DNA of 64,000 nucleotides from Candidatus Adlerbacteria bacterium. GTDB lineage: Bacteria; Patescibacteriota; Minisyncoccia; Phycocordibacterales; SBAW01. This document shows, piece after piece, positions 30,426 to 39,564 of this stretch (positions are counted from its first letter, which is position 1; each line of letters opens with the position of its first letter). The notes under the pieces were generated by a model. It was given only the letters and a program-made list of their open reading frames with translations. It did no database searches and was not told the DNA's origin. The stretch covers positions 162,368-226,367 of the forward strand of contig DAIDHJ010000001.1 of assembly GCA_027451965.1 (NCBI GenBank), in the 5' to 3' direction. The translations under genes and the position numbers were made by a program.

Positions 30426-32885
30426 CTATTGCGCAGAAGATACCTTTGTTACTGGTGATTCGTAGTGTGTATGCTGCCACATTTGTTTAACTACTTCAGC
30501 AATTTGCATAAAGCAAAATGTCCATATCCATACCAGAAGTGCTATTTGCCAAGAAATACTTCCAGACATAAGAAAACCAGTTATTGCTAATAGTGTCGCA
30601 ATACCTTGTGTAATAAGTGTCGCGTAGATAACTTGTGCGCTTGGAAGGTATCGATACCAGGGGGAATCAGTATGCGTCACATAAATGAGCATATGTCCTG
30701 ATACGGTGAGTTTGAGGAAAAACAATGTTTGTATGGCTGGCCATGGCAGATGGAGATATTCAAGGGCAAAGAAAAATAACAATACACTTTCTATAATACC
30801 TACCACTCCAAACAAACTTCCTTTTATAAACTGAGCGCGTGTATTTATTTTTGATGGTTTATGTACGACACGAACGCGATCAAATGCCAAAGAAACAATG
30901 GGAATGTCATTCAATAAGGCAATAAGAATAAGTTGTAACGGGGAGAGCGGGTAGGTGCCAGTCAGAAATCCAAGTATGGCAATCGTGATAATGAGGCGAA
31001 GGCTTTCTGAGATTCGGTATAACGCATATGAATTTAGACGGATAAAGATTTTTCTCCCTTCTATAAATGCATCACGCATAACCGAAATACCACTAGAGAG
31101 CAGCACAATGTCTGCAGTACCCTTAAGCGCATCAACAGCGTTTTTTACTGCGAATCCTACATTTGCTTCTTTTACTGCGGGTAAATCATTCACCCCGTCT
31201 CCATTTGCTGCGACGGTATAGAACTGTTTTGCTTTTTGTACCAATGCGTATTTATCTTCCGGTAAAATCTCGGCAAATGCTTGTGTTCTATGAAACGTAT
31301 CTGCAGTAAGCGTATCCCATCCTTGTGCCAATAGTTCTGTGCGTGTTGTCACAACTTCTCCTGGCATGGAGAGTTTTCCGGCAATTTCTTTTGCAATTGC
31401 TTTGTTATCTCCCGTGACCATAGCGACTTCAACGCCATTTTCTTTCAAAAATGCTATAGCTGTTTTCGCATCCTCTCTCAGCTCATCGGAAAGAGATAGT
31501 ACTCCGACTAGTTGCATATTCGTTTCCTGATCTCCCTGGGCTACTGCGAGTGCTAAGGTTCGATATCCGCGTTTGGCAAATGTTTCGATATCTTGTGTAA
31601 ATTGTTGTTGCAGGGAAGGAGATAGGTGACAAAGTGTTGCGATTATTTGTGGCGCGCCGAGCGCGGCGGTTTTGTGAACATTAGTATCCAAAAAAGTAAG
31701 CGTACTTCTTTTGCGGATAGAATCTGCGGGAACATAGGAGATAGTGGTACTTGGTGTTGGAGTAACATCACGCAATATTGCTTGATTGATAGTAATATCC
31801 GGTTCTTGTAATGCAACCAACTGAGCAATTCTCCGCACTTCTTCTACTGATGTTTCGTTGTAGGTATGTACGGTATCTACCGTGATCTTATTTTTCGTTA
31901 AGGTGCCTGTTTTATCAGTAAGAAGCAGATCGGTATTTGCAAGTTCTTCCAAAGAAGCAAGACGACGAACGACCACATTTTTTTTGGCAAGCGCAACAAC
32001 GCCAAATGCAATGATAAGTGTCATTACAGTAGGAAGACTGATTGGTATGCCGGCAATCAACAAACTCAGGTCCAATCGAAGGATTTCGGTAAATGCGGTG
32101 TTATGGAGCCACAGCACGATAGTGAGAAACAACATAGCGCCTATACTCAGTATTGAAAGTGAACGTGAAATACGTAAGATTTCTTTTTCAAGAGCACTTT
32201 TCTTATTAGTTGCTTCTACTTTGCTGAGTGTTTTACCAAAATAGGTATGATTACCTGTCGCAGTAATTTCTATCGTTGCTAATCCTGATGCTAAAAAGGA
32301 ACCAGAATACAGTGTCTCATTTTCTTTTCGGTCTTGTGGTAAGGATTCTCCGGTAATTGCAGCTTCGTTTACGCTTACATTATTTGCTTGTATGACTTTT
32401 GCATCGGCTGGTATCACATCACCTGCTTTCAGTTCTACGATATCGTGCGGTACCAATAAACGAGCATTAAGCATATGCCATGCATTGTCGCGTAATACTT
32501 TTACCGTAATAGCTAAATGCTCGTTAAGTTTTTCAATGGCAGTATCTGCTTTATGCTCTTGCCAGAGCATAATAATAATATTGAGTACCAGGAGGAATAC
32601 AATAAAGCCAGCATCAAAAATTTTATTACTAAAAAAAGAAAGTATTGATGCTGCCAAGAGCATAATACTAATAGGGGAGATAATCTGATGTATTGCTTTT
32701 TGTAACAATGACTCTGTTTTTTGAGTAATTTCATTGTATCCGTGTGCTTTCAGATATTCATTGGCGGCAGTACTCGTAAGATGAGAAGGCATTAATCCTA
32801 TTATGGTCTTATGTTTGTGTATTATCCAACCAAGATATATACAGAACTCACTGTGTATAGACTTATATTGTTTCCGTAAAATCAA
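30426..32885 (-). CDS. Cation-transporting P-type ATPase, compact P2/P3-like form, substrate unknown
   Basis: DKTGTLT phosphorylation motif, MVTGDNKAIAKEIA and GDGVNDLPAVKEANVGFAV hinge, about 10 TM. The true start is possibly the internal MPSHLTST (about 32792). Confidence 0.85.
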   Translation of the reverse strand: MILRKQYKSIHSEFCIYLGWIIHKHKTIIGLMPSHLTSTAANEYLKAHGYNEITQKTESLLQKAIHQIISPISIMLLAASILSFFSNKIFDAGFIVFLLVLNIIIMLWQEHKADTAIEKLNEHLAITVKVLRDNAWHMLNARLLVPHDIVELKAGDVIPADAKVIQANNVSVNEAAITGESLPQDRKENETLYSGSFLASGLATIEITATGNHTYFGKTLSKVEATNKKSALEKEILRISRSLSILSIGAMLFLTIVLWLHNTAFTEILRLDLSLLIAGIPISLPTVMTLIIAFGVVALAKKNVVVRRLASLEELANTDLLLTDKTGTLTKNKITVDTVHTYNETSVEEVRRIAQLVALQEPDITINQAILRDVTPTPSTTISYVPADSIRKRSTLTFLDTNVHKTAALGAPQIIATLCHLSPSLQQQFTQDIETFAKRGYRTLALAVAQGDQETNMQLVGVLSLSDELREDAKTAIAFLKENGVEVAMVTGDNKAIAKEIAGKLSMPGEVVTTRTELLAQGWDTLTADTFHRTQAFAEILPEDKYALVQKAKQFYTVAANGDGVNDLPAVKEANVGFAVKNAVDALKGTADIVLLSSGISVMRDAFIEGRKIFIRLNSYALYRISESLRLIITIAILGFLTGTYPLSPLQLILIALLNDIPIVSLAFDRVRVVHKPSKINTRAQFIKGSLFGVVGIIESVLLFFFALEYLHLPWPAIQTLFFLKLTVSGHMLIYVTHTDSPWYRYLPSAQVIYATLITQGIATLLAITGFLMSGSISWQIALLVWIWTFCFMQIAEVVKQMWQHTHYESPVTKVSSAQ

Positions 32886-32923
32886 GTAGACTGAAAGTAT
32901 ATTATCTATTCACTTTTTTATTT

Positions 32924-33343
32924 ATGAAACAGCATCCATTACAAGAGATTGCAAAGTTCGCGAGCGGTTTGGTAGTAGCAGATTTTTTCTCATTGCTGTG
33001 GTTTTCACAACAAGGATTACTTCCTATGCAATTTATGGGTGCCACTATTACTCCAGGCATGGTATTTCCTGGTCTGGTATTTGATATATGCTTATTCCTT
33101 ATTCTTATTCATTACGGATGGCATATAGGTACTTTACGTACACCACGAGAAAGGACCTATCTCCTTATCGCAGGCGTTATTTTCACCGTTGTAGGTGCTG
33201 CGCACCTCTGGCGCGTGTTTTCTACCGCTCCGCTAGTACTTCTGGGATGGAGTGTGCCGTTATGGCTTTCTTGGTTTGCTGTAGCCGTCACGGCATATCT
33301 GGCATATACCAGCTTCCATTTCGCGCTTCGTTTGAAGAAATAA
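32924..33343 (+). CDS. Hypothetical membrane protein (4 TM)
   Basis: Hydrophobicity only. Confidence 0.4.
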   Translation: MKQHPLQEIAKFASGLVVADFFSLLWFSQQGLLPMQFMGATITPGMVFPGLVFDICLFLILIHYGWHIGTLRTPRERTYLLIAGVIFTVVGAAHLWRVFSTAPLVLLGWSVPLWLSWFAVAVTAYLAYTSFHFALRLKK

Positions 33344-33349
33344 ACTCCC

Positions 33350-33715
33350 TTAATTAGGTACACAAATACCGCCTGTATCTGGTATGTGCGAGTTGAGCTG
33401 ACAGTGAGATCCTTCTGGACAGGTAGGTGCATTTTGTATAAATCCGCCGCAATGGATGTATCCGCTAGAGGTTGCGACAGTGGAGTGTGATGGTTGTGGA
33501 GTAATGACTATATTTTGTGAGGTAGTAGAAAGAAGAGAAGTAGTACTTGAGATGGATTGCGATCCTGTAATGCCTTGTAAGATGGGAGTGGAAGCAGTAT
33601 CAAGCACGCTTTGATACTGCATACCAAGTACGAACCCGACATATAACACTCCTATAAATAGAATTGCAGCGAGCAATTTTGAGTACCATGTCACTTTATT
33701 CCATTCGATATGCAT
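33350..33715 (-). CDS. Small TM-anchored, Ser/Thr-rich protein with C-terminal four-Cys knot
   Basis: MHIEWNKVTWYSKLLAAILFIGVLYVGFVLG… ending …HCGGFIQNAPTCPEGSHCQ…GGICVPN. Start chosen to avoid overlap with the adjacent pilin gene. Confidence 0.4.
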   Translation of the reverse strand: MHIEWNKVTWYSKLLAAILFIGVLYVGFVLGMQYQSVLDTASTPILQGITGSQSISSTTSLLSTTSQNIVITPQPSHSTVATSSGYIHCGGFIQNAPTCPEGSHCQLNSHIPDTGGICVPN

Positions 33716-33728
33716 GATGATGATGGGG

Positions 33729-34247
33729 TTAGTGATCTTCGTAAATTTGATTATTAGTGAAAGGGCACGATCCGTTACACCAACTAGAACAGTTGTACAC
33801 ATATGATTTCCATTGTTTTACTGCACATCTATTTGGACTATTGGGATCTTCAAGTTGTGCTATGAGGTCATAGTTTGAGCCATCCGAATTTGCCGCATAC
33901 GCGTATGAGTAACTCCCGTTTGACCAAGGATTTCCAGAGGTGTTGAGCGGGTCGGTAGGGAGCTGAGCCAGGTACGGAGCAAGCATAGTCTGCAGTGCGC
34001 CCCATTGAGTGGCATTATTACTTACACACCACCCGCTGGTGTATGCACAAGTGCCTTGAGGGTATGTCCCATGATCGTTCGCGTATTCTTCTAACGCCAA
34101 TTGAATAGTATGTAGATCGGATTCACGACGAGCGTCTCGCGCTTTAGCGCGAGCACTATTTAACGAAACAAGAATTATGGATGCCAAAATGCCAATGATG
34201 GCGATGACGACAAGTAATTCAATAAGGGTGAATCCTCTGTCTTTCAT
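33729..34247 (-). CDS. Type IV pilin (prepilin with class III signal)
   Basis: [39 protein letters not shown] carries the G/FTLIE cleavage and methylation motif. The C-terminus is Cys-rich. Confidence 0.8.
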   Translation of the reverse strand: MKDRGFTLIELLVVIAIIGILASIILVSLNSARAKARDARRESDLHTIQLALEEYANDHGTYPQGTCAYTSGWCVSNNATQWGALQTMLAPYLAQLPTDPLNTSGNPWSNGSYSYAYAANSDGSNYDLIAQLEDPNSPNRCAVKQWKSYVYNCSSWCNGSCPFTNNQIYEDH

Positions 34248-34508
34248 ACTAAATAAGTATAAGATAGATTTTTATCATACTCATATGATACAGGGTAAAA
34301 GTATGATTTTTACCTCAAAAGAGTACCTAGTCACGTATCCTGCCAGAGAGAACTGCATCAAGTTACTCAAATGCACAGCTTAAATTATCCAGAATCTCCT
34401 TGAAAACAATCAAATTCTGTTTTTTCTAGAGAAAGGGGATATTTAACAGGGAAAAATAATTACTCCTTGTTTATGCTATTTCTGGTTTATACTAAACAAT
34501 ATAAACCA

Positions 34509-35006
34509 ATGCGAAATCGAGGCTTTACGCTCATTGAACTTCTTGTCGTCATCGCCATCATTGGTATTCTCGCTTCAATTGTACTCGTATCTCTCAATTC
34601 AGCTCGTACTAAAGCACGAGATGCAAATCGAGTCGCTTCGCTACAAGAAATGGCGAAAGCAATCAGTCTTGCAGATACTGGTATACCAGTTCCGCTTGTC
34701 GGGTGCGTTAGTGGACCAACAGCAAACGTGAATACCTGTACGGGCCCTTCTCCCATCAATTTTAATAGCACGAACTACGGCGATCCATTGGTTGGAGGTG
34801 CCGGACCAAATTGTTTGTATAACAGTACGAAACCTTGCCAGTACACCATTTGGACGCAAGACGCTGCTTCTACTGGCGTGGGGGGTGCAACTACTGAAAA
34901 TTATGAAATTTGTGCTTTCCTTGAAGTCGGTTCTGGTCCGCTCCCTGCTGGATTAGTGCATGTGGGAAGTGATACAAGCGGTGCAGTAGAACCTGGATGT
35001 CCTTAA
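34509..35006 (+). CDS. Type IV pilin, paralog of the 55990..56481 pilin
   Basis: [52 protein letters not shown]…[38 protein letters not shown]. It is near-identical in layout to the 55990 product. Confidence 0.8.
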   Translation: MRNRGFTLIELLVVIAIIGILASIVLVSLNSARTKARDANRVASLQEMAKAISLADTGIPVPLVGCVSGPTANVNTCTGPSPINFNSTNYGDPLVGGAGPNCLYNSTKPCQYTIWTQDAASTGVGGATTENYEICAFLEVGSGPLPAGLVHVGSDTSGAVEPGCP

Positions 35007-35433
35007 GTAAAATTACTCTATACTCAAAGATAAAATTCTATAGTCTGGTTCGAAGTATGCTGAGAAACAAGAAAATTTTACTTGTGAAGAGGTGAGCGAA
35101 GCTGGAACTTTTTTAGGAAAACAGAAGAAAAGCCCACCTAAGTAGTGGTGGGCTGGGTGAGTATATGGCCGATGCCGTATGAAAGAATGCCGAAAACGAA
35201 ACATATGATCGGCAGAAAAAGTTGCGGCCATTGCAGATGTTGCTGTACGCAGTGTGCAAGGACTACACAACCCCAGAAGTAGACCATTAGGCCGAGAACT
35301 TTGAATTTCATAAGAACCCCCTTATCTAAAACCATTTTACTATATTTAGTATACTTTGTCAAGTACTGCAAAAGCGGTTCCAATCATGCAGGATCTGGTC
35401 CAAAAAACCATTTAAAAACAAGCGAAATTTACG

Positions 35434-35810
35434 GGTGGAGATGGCGGGTAGCGAACCCGCGTGCAACAGAGATGTGAAAGCGCTTCTACAAAGTGTAGTC
35501 CATTTATATTTCGATGTAATGCGTAGAAAATGGACAAAACCGTCTTACATCAAAGCTCTATAAGATCTTTATTGGTAAGCAAGAGCGTACTTACCAATGC
35601 AACTCGCTATATAACATCTGGATTCATACCCGCGAGCGAGATATGACAGATGTCGAGTTAGGCCTTAGCGTAGGCGAACTCGAAATCATTCACCGAGAAA
35701 TACGGCGAAGTAACTGATTTTGCAGTTATTGGTTCCGGGAGTTTAAAGAAGTTCCGGACTTCTACTTCGCGCTGCATTCACGAACTTCTATTGTCGAGAC
35801 AATGCATCCC
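35434..35810 (-). ncRNA. ssrA: tmRNA (transfer-messenger RNA)
   Basis: 5' GGGGAUG pairs with 3' CAUCUCC-A-CC, including the G3·U identity pair. The T-arm GCGGGUUCGCUACCCGC is close to E. coli GCGGGUUCAACUCCCGC. An internal ORF starting at a GCA resume codon reads …NDFEFAYAKA-UAA. It lies immediately downstream of smpB. Confidence 0.7.
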
Positions 35811-35860
35811 CGAAAAAAGCACGACGCTACTTGCTCTCTTCGCGGTACACTATTCTCTTT

Positions 35861-36303
35861 CTATTGCTGTTTCAATGAACGATTGATATCCCGTTGTGCG
35901 TCTCGTTTCTTGAGCACTTCTCGTTTGTCGTACTGTTTTCTACCACGAGCAATTGCAATACGGACTTTCAATTTTCGATTTTTAGTATAAATCGAAAATG
36001 GCACTATTGTCAAGCCTTTTTGCGCTTCTGCATTGGTCAATGTTATGAGCTCCTTCTTATTGAGCAGTAATTTCCGTGTACGGTCAGGTTCATAGTCCTT
36101 CGGTGTATTGCTCGGTTGGTAGGGAGGTATATGCATACCGACCAGATATGCTTCTTTACCGCGCACAATAACGTGTGCACCTTCCAGTTTTCCGGTTTTT
36201 TGCCGCAATGCCTTCACTTCAAATCCATGCAGTTCGATGCCGGCTTCGAATTCTTCAATTACCGCAAAATTCAGGTGAGCCTTTTTATGCTCGATAAGTA
36301 TCA
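35861..36303 (-). CDS. smpB: SsrA-binding protein SmpB
   Basis: MILIEHKKAHLNFAVIEEFEAGIELHGFEVKALRQKTGKLEGAHVIV…, with a basic C-terminal tail. Start at the internal ATG, 36303. Confidence 0.85.
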
Positions 36304-36333
36304 TGTAAAAAGTGTAGCACTCACTGGGCATAA

Positions 36334-38274
36334 GTGATATATTTGCTTGCGATGGCGAACTCTCGAAAACAGCGCAAGGCGCCGCTTCCACAAGCGCCGC
36401 AAGGAGGGAATTTCTTTTTTAACTTACTTACCAGTATTTCGGCGCTTTTGGTGCTTGCAGGCGCATATGCGTACTTTTCCGGCGATATAAAAACACCGCC
36501 CCCAACTATCCCGATCTCGCAAGTCGCACAGGATATCAATGCAGGAAAAGTGACTTCCATCAGTGTTAATGGTGATGCCCTCGACATTATCTATACGGAC
36601 AAATCGGAAAAACTTTCTAAGAAAGAACCAGAGACCGCGCTGACTCAAACGCTCACCAACTACGGGGTAACAAAAGACGCACTTGATAAGGTAACGATTA
36701 CGATTGAGCAGCAAAGTGCATGGCAAGTATGGCTTACCGACGCATTGCCGTTTCTTGCACCAATCTTGCTCATTGTCATTTTTGTATGGTATCTCTCACG
36801 ACAAATGCGAGGCGCAGGCATGCAAGCCTTCTCCTTCGGCCAGTCAAAACCGCGAGTCATTGATCCGAACGATCAAATACAGCGTATTACCTTTAAGGAT
36901 GTTGCTGGAGCAAAAGAAGCGAAACAAGAGCTCATAGAAGTAGTTGATTTCTTGCGCAATCCAAAAAAGTTTCTTGATATTGGCGCGCGGATCCCCAAGG
37001 GTATTCTCCTCATGGGAGCACCGGGTACCGGAAAAACGCTGCTTGCTCGTGCGGTGGCTGGGGAAGCGGGTGTGCCGTTCTTCTCCATTTCCGGATCTGA
37101 GTTCGTAGAGATGTTCGTAGGAGTGGGAGCCAGCCGCGTGCGCGACTTGTTCCTGACAGCAAAGAAATCCTCGCCGGCCATTATCTTTGTCGATGAAATT
37201 GATGCGGTAGGACGCGTACGCGGTACTGGCGTCGGAGGGGGAAATGATGAACGAGAGCAAACACTCAATCAGATTCTCGTGGAAATGGATGGATTTGAAC
37301 CGAATGAAAAGGTGATTGTCATGGCAGCTACTAACCGTCCTGATGTACTTGATCCTGCACTTCTGCGCACTGGACGATTTGACCGCCGTGTCGTCATTGA
37401 TTTACCGGATCGGCAGGACCGTCTCGATATTCTCACAATTCATGCGCGCAAAAAGCCGTTTGCAGAAGATGTGAACTTGCAGGTGATAGCAGAGCGCACG
37501 CCTGGATTCTCTGGTGCAGATCTGTTCTCTCTTATGAACGAAGCAGCTATTCTCGCCGCACGCGAAAACCGCCGCACTATTTCTCAATACGATCTCATCC
37601 GTTCGATTGAAAAGGTGATGCTCGGCCCTGAACGGCGCAGTCATGTGCTCAATAAGAAAGAGAAAGAAATTACCGCATACCATGAAGCCGGCCACGCTCT
37701 GGTTGCTTCCGTGCTCCCGTATGCTGATCCGGTGCATAAAATTTCCATTATCAGTCGCGGACGCACGGGAGGATATACACTCAAACTTCCGTTTGAAGAT
37801 AAACGCATGCAGAGCAAGCGGGAATTTTTGGATGACATTGCAGTATCTTTGGGGGGTTATGTTGCGGAGAAAACAATCTTTGGCGATATCACCACTGGCC
37901 CATCAAATGATTTGCAGGTACTGACCGGTCTTGCACGCGATATGGTAACGCGCTACGGCATGAGTGACGCTATAGGGACCATTGCGCTCACTGGAGAAGG
38001 TGGACGCGCTATGTTCGGCACTGGCCCGGAAGGAAAAGAATATTCGGAAAAGGTATCTGCCGAGGTTGATGCGGAAGTGCATCGGATCATCGACGAGGCG
38101 TACAAAAAAGCTGAAAAGATTATTACGGAAAAGCGTCCTGCACTTGATGCGATCGCCCAGCGCCTTATGGAGGTAGAAACAATAGAACGAGAAGAATTCG
38201 AACAGCTGCTCACGCTTCACGGGATTACCCCCAAGAAAAAGCAGGAAGATATTGAGCACCAGCCACTCGCTTAA
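36334..38274 (+). CDS. ftsH: ATP-dependent zinc metalloprotease FtsH
   Basis: AAA Walker [17 protein letters not shown] region and HEAGHA zinc motif ([10 protein letters not shown]), with two N-terminal TM segments. Confidence 0.95.
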   Translation: MIYLLAMANSRKQRKAPLPQAPQGGNFFFNLLTSISALLVLAGAYAYFSGDIKTPPPTIPISQVAQDINAGKVTSISVNGDALDIIYTDKSEKLSKKEPETALTQTLTNYGVTKDALDKVTITIEQQSAWQVWLTDALPFLAPILLIVIFVWYLSRQMRGAGMQAFSFGQSKPRVIDPNDQIQRITFKDVAGAKEAKQELIEVVDFLRNPKKFLDIGARIPKGILLMGAPGTGKTLLARAVAGEAGVPFFSISGSEFVEMFVGVGASRVRDLFLTAKKSSPAIIFVDEIDAVGRVRGTGVGGGNDEREQTLNQILVEMDGFEPNEKVIVMAATNRPDVLDPALLRTGRFDRRVVIDLPDRQDRLDILTIHARKKPFAEDVNLQVIAERTPGFSGADLFSLMNEAAILAARENRRTISQYDLIRSIEKVMLGPERRSHVLNKKEKEITAYHEAGHALVASVLPYADPVHKISIISRGRTGGYTLKLPFEDKRMQSKREFLDDIAVSLGGYVAEKTIFGDITTGPSNDLQVLTGLARDMVTRYGMSDAIGTIALTGEGGRAMFGTGPEGKEYSEKVSAEVDAEVHRIIDEAYKKAEKIITEKRPALDAIAQRLMEVETIEREEFEQLLTLHGITPKKKQEDIEHQPLA

Positions 38275-38696
38275 AGATCTGCAGTGCAGTATGCACACTT
38301 GGTAGCAGCAATAGGAATTTCGCTCAGGCAATACGAGCATTTTTTCGTAGTAGGGTCTGCCGGTTTCTGGAGACGCATGGTTGAAATGAGGGTATTGATG
38401 GGCAATACGACGAAGAAATAGATAGCAAAAGCAGTTATTAGAAAGGAAATAAGCGCATTCAGGAAATCGCCGTAGAGGATACTACTTCCGTGGACGCTGA
38501 TGGCGAGTTTAGAAAAGTCTGGTTGTCCTATTATCGCTGCAATGAGCGGGGTAAAAATATCTTTTACCAGCCCGTTCACCACTGCGTTGAATGAAGCGCC
38601 AATCATGACACCGACCGCTAGATCAACCACATTGCCCCGCAAAATGAATTGCTTAAAACCTTGGAATAGAGTTCCCATATGTAAAAAGTATACCAC
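38271..38696 (-). CDS. mscL: Large-conductance mechanosensitive channel MscL with C-terminal CxxC-x9-CxxC tail
   Basis: FKQFILRGNVVDLAVGVMIGASFNAVVNGLVKDIFTPLIAAIIG is the MscL TM1 signature. It ends [24 protein letters not shown]. Confidence 0.85.
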   Translation of the reverse strand: MVYFLHMGTLFQGFKQFILRGNVVDLAVGVMIGASFNAVVNGLVKDIFTPLIAAIIGQPDFSKLAISVHGSSILYGDFLNALISFLITAFAIYFFVVLPINTLISTMRLQKPADPTTKKCSYCLSEIPIAATKCAYCTADL

Positions 38697-38729
38697 TGGC
38701 TATATAACGAAACCGCACAAGTTTGAATG

Positions 38730-39146
38730 TCATTCTTGTGCGGTTTTTGGTTTATCCCTGTGTTGCGTCTTCTCTTTTATGTAGGCTATGAGTTCAGAAA
38801 AATGCATGGTGTTTATATCCTGTGCATGTCTTCTGTCTAACAGCTCATCGATACCGATGTAGGCGCCGATAATGATCAAAAAGAGAATCGGCAGGAACAC
38901 TCCTGTTACGTACCATGGCTGGCGTAGACACAGTAGAACTATTTCACTAAGTTCTATCAATGCTAATACCACAATGGTTATACCAAGATTCCACCCAAGA
39001 CACGTTTGCGATTTGTGCTTTGGGTACAGGAGATTGAATAGTTCTACAAAGAACAAGTACAGCGTTGTGGGCAGTGGGGCTAGTACAATGACTATGACAA
39101 TAAAGAGCATGCCAAGTACCTTGCTCCCGATATCTTTGGTATCCAA
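38730..39146 (-). CDS. Hypothetical membrane protein (138 aa)
   Basis: Hydrophobicity only. Confidence 0.4.
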   Translation of the reverse strand: MDTKDIGSKVLGMLFIVIVIVLAPLPTTLYLFFVELFNLLYPKHKSQTCLGWNLGITIVVLALIELSEIVLLCLRQPWYVTGVFLPILFLIIIGAYIGIDELLDRRHAQDINTMHFSELIAYIKEKTQHRDKPKTAQE

Positions 39147-39251
39147 ATGGACCTCCTTTCCTATACCAAGACTACTTGGTTTCTCGTAAAAAAACCACCT
39201 TTACAGGCAATCCTTCATACAGGATACTCTTTTATAGAAGGAGAGTATGTT

Positions 39252-39452
39252 ATGGATCGTTCGACCTTTCGGTATGAGTTGCGCGAATGTCGAGAAGGTA
39301 TGCGCAAGGCTCGGAACAATATCAAAAGTCTCAAACAAAGGATAAAAAGGCTTCAGGCACTTTGTGTGCCACATCCAAACGCAAAAAAGATACACGGTAT
39401 TCTTACTTGTCCCGATTGCGGGTTTCGAGGTGTCACTACAAAAAGAAAGTGA
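39252..39452 (+). CDS. Small coiled-coil / zinc-ribbon-like protein (66 aa)
   Basis: AGGAG 9 nt upstream of the ATG. The C-terminus ends C-x3-H…C-x2-C (LCVPH…TCPDCG). Confidence 0.35.
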   Translation: MDRSTFRYELRECREGMRKARNNIKSLKQRIKRLQALCVPHPNAKKIHGILTCPDCGFRGVTTKRK

Positions 39453-39466
39453 CACCTCTTTTTTTG

Positions 39467-39538
39467 TGCGCGAGCCTGGATTCGAACCAGGAACCATCCG
39501 TGTATAAGACGGACGCTCTACCGTTGAGCTACTCGCGC
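39467..39538 (-). tRNA. tRNA with anticodon UAU (AUA-decoding, Ile-type)
   Basis: Cloverleaf read by hand: acceptor GCGCGAG/CTCGCGC, D-arm GCTC-AACGGTA-GAGC, anticodon stem TCCGT/ACGGA with loop C-U-UAU-A-C, and T-arm CCTGG-TTCGAAT-CCAGG. CCA is not encoded. Confidence 0.7.
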
Positions 39539-39564
39539 AGAACTAGAAGGACTATATCGTATTC

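Noticed and set aside
35138-35383. 81-aa minus-strand ORF next to the tmRNA.
   Set aside because: Only a 57-aa hydrophobic tail (MKFKVLGLMVYFWG…) looks protein-like. There is no start context and it is too uncertain to list.
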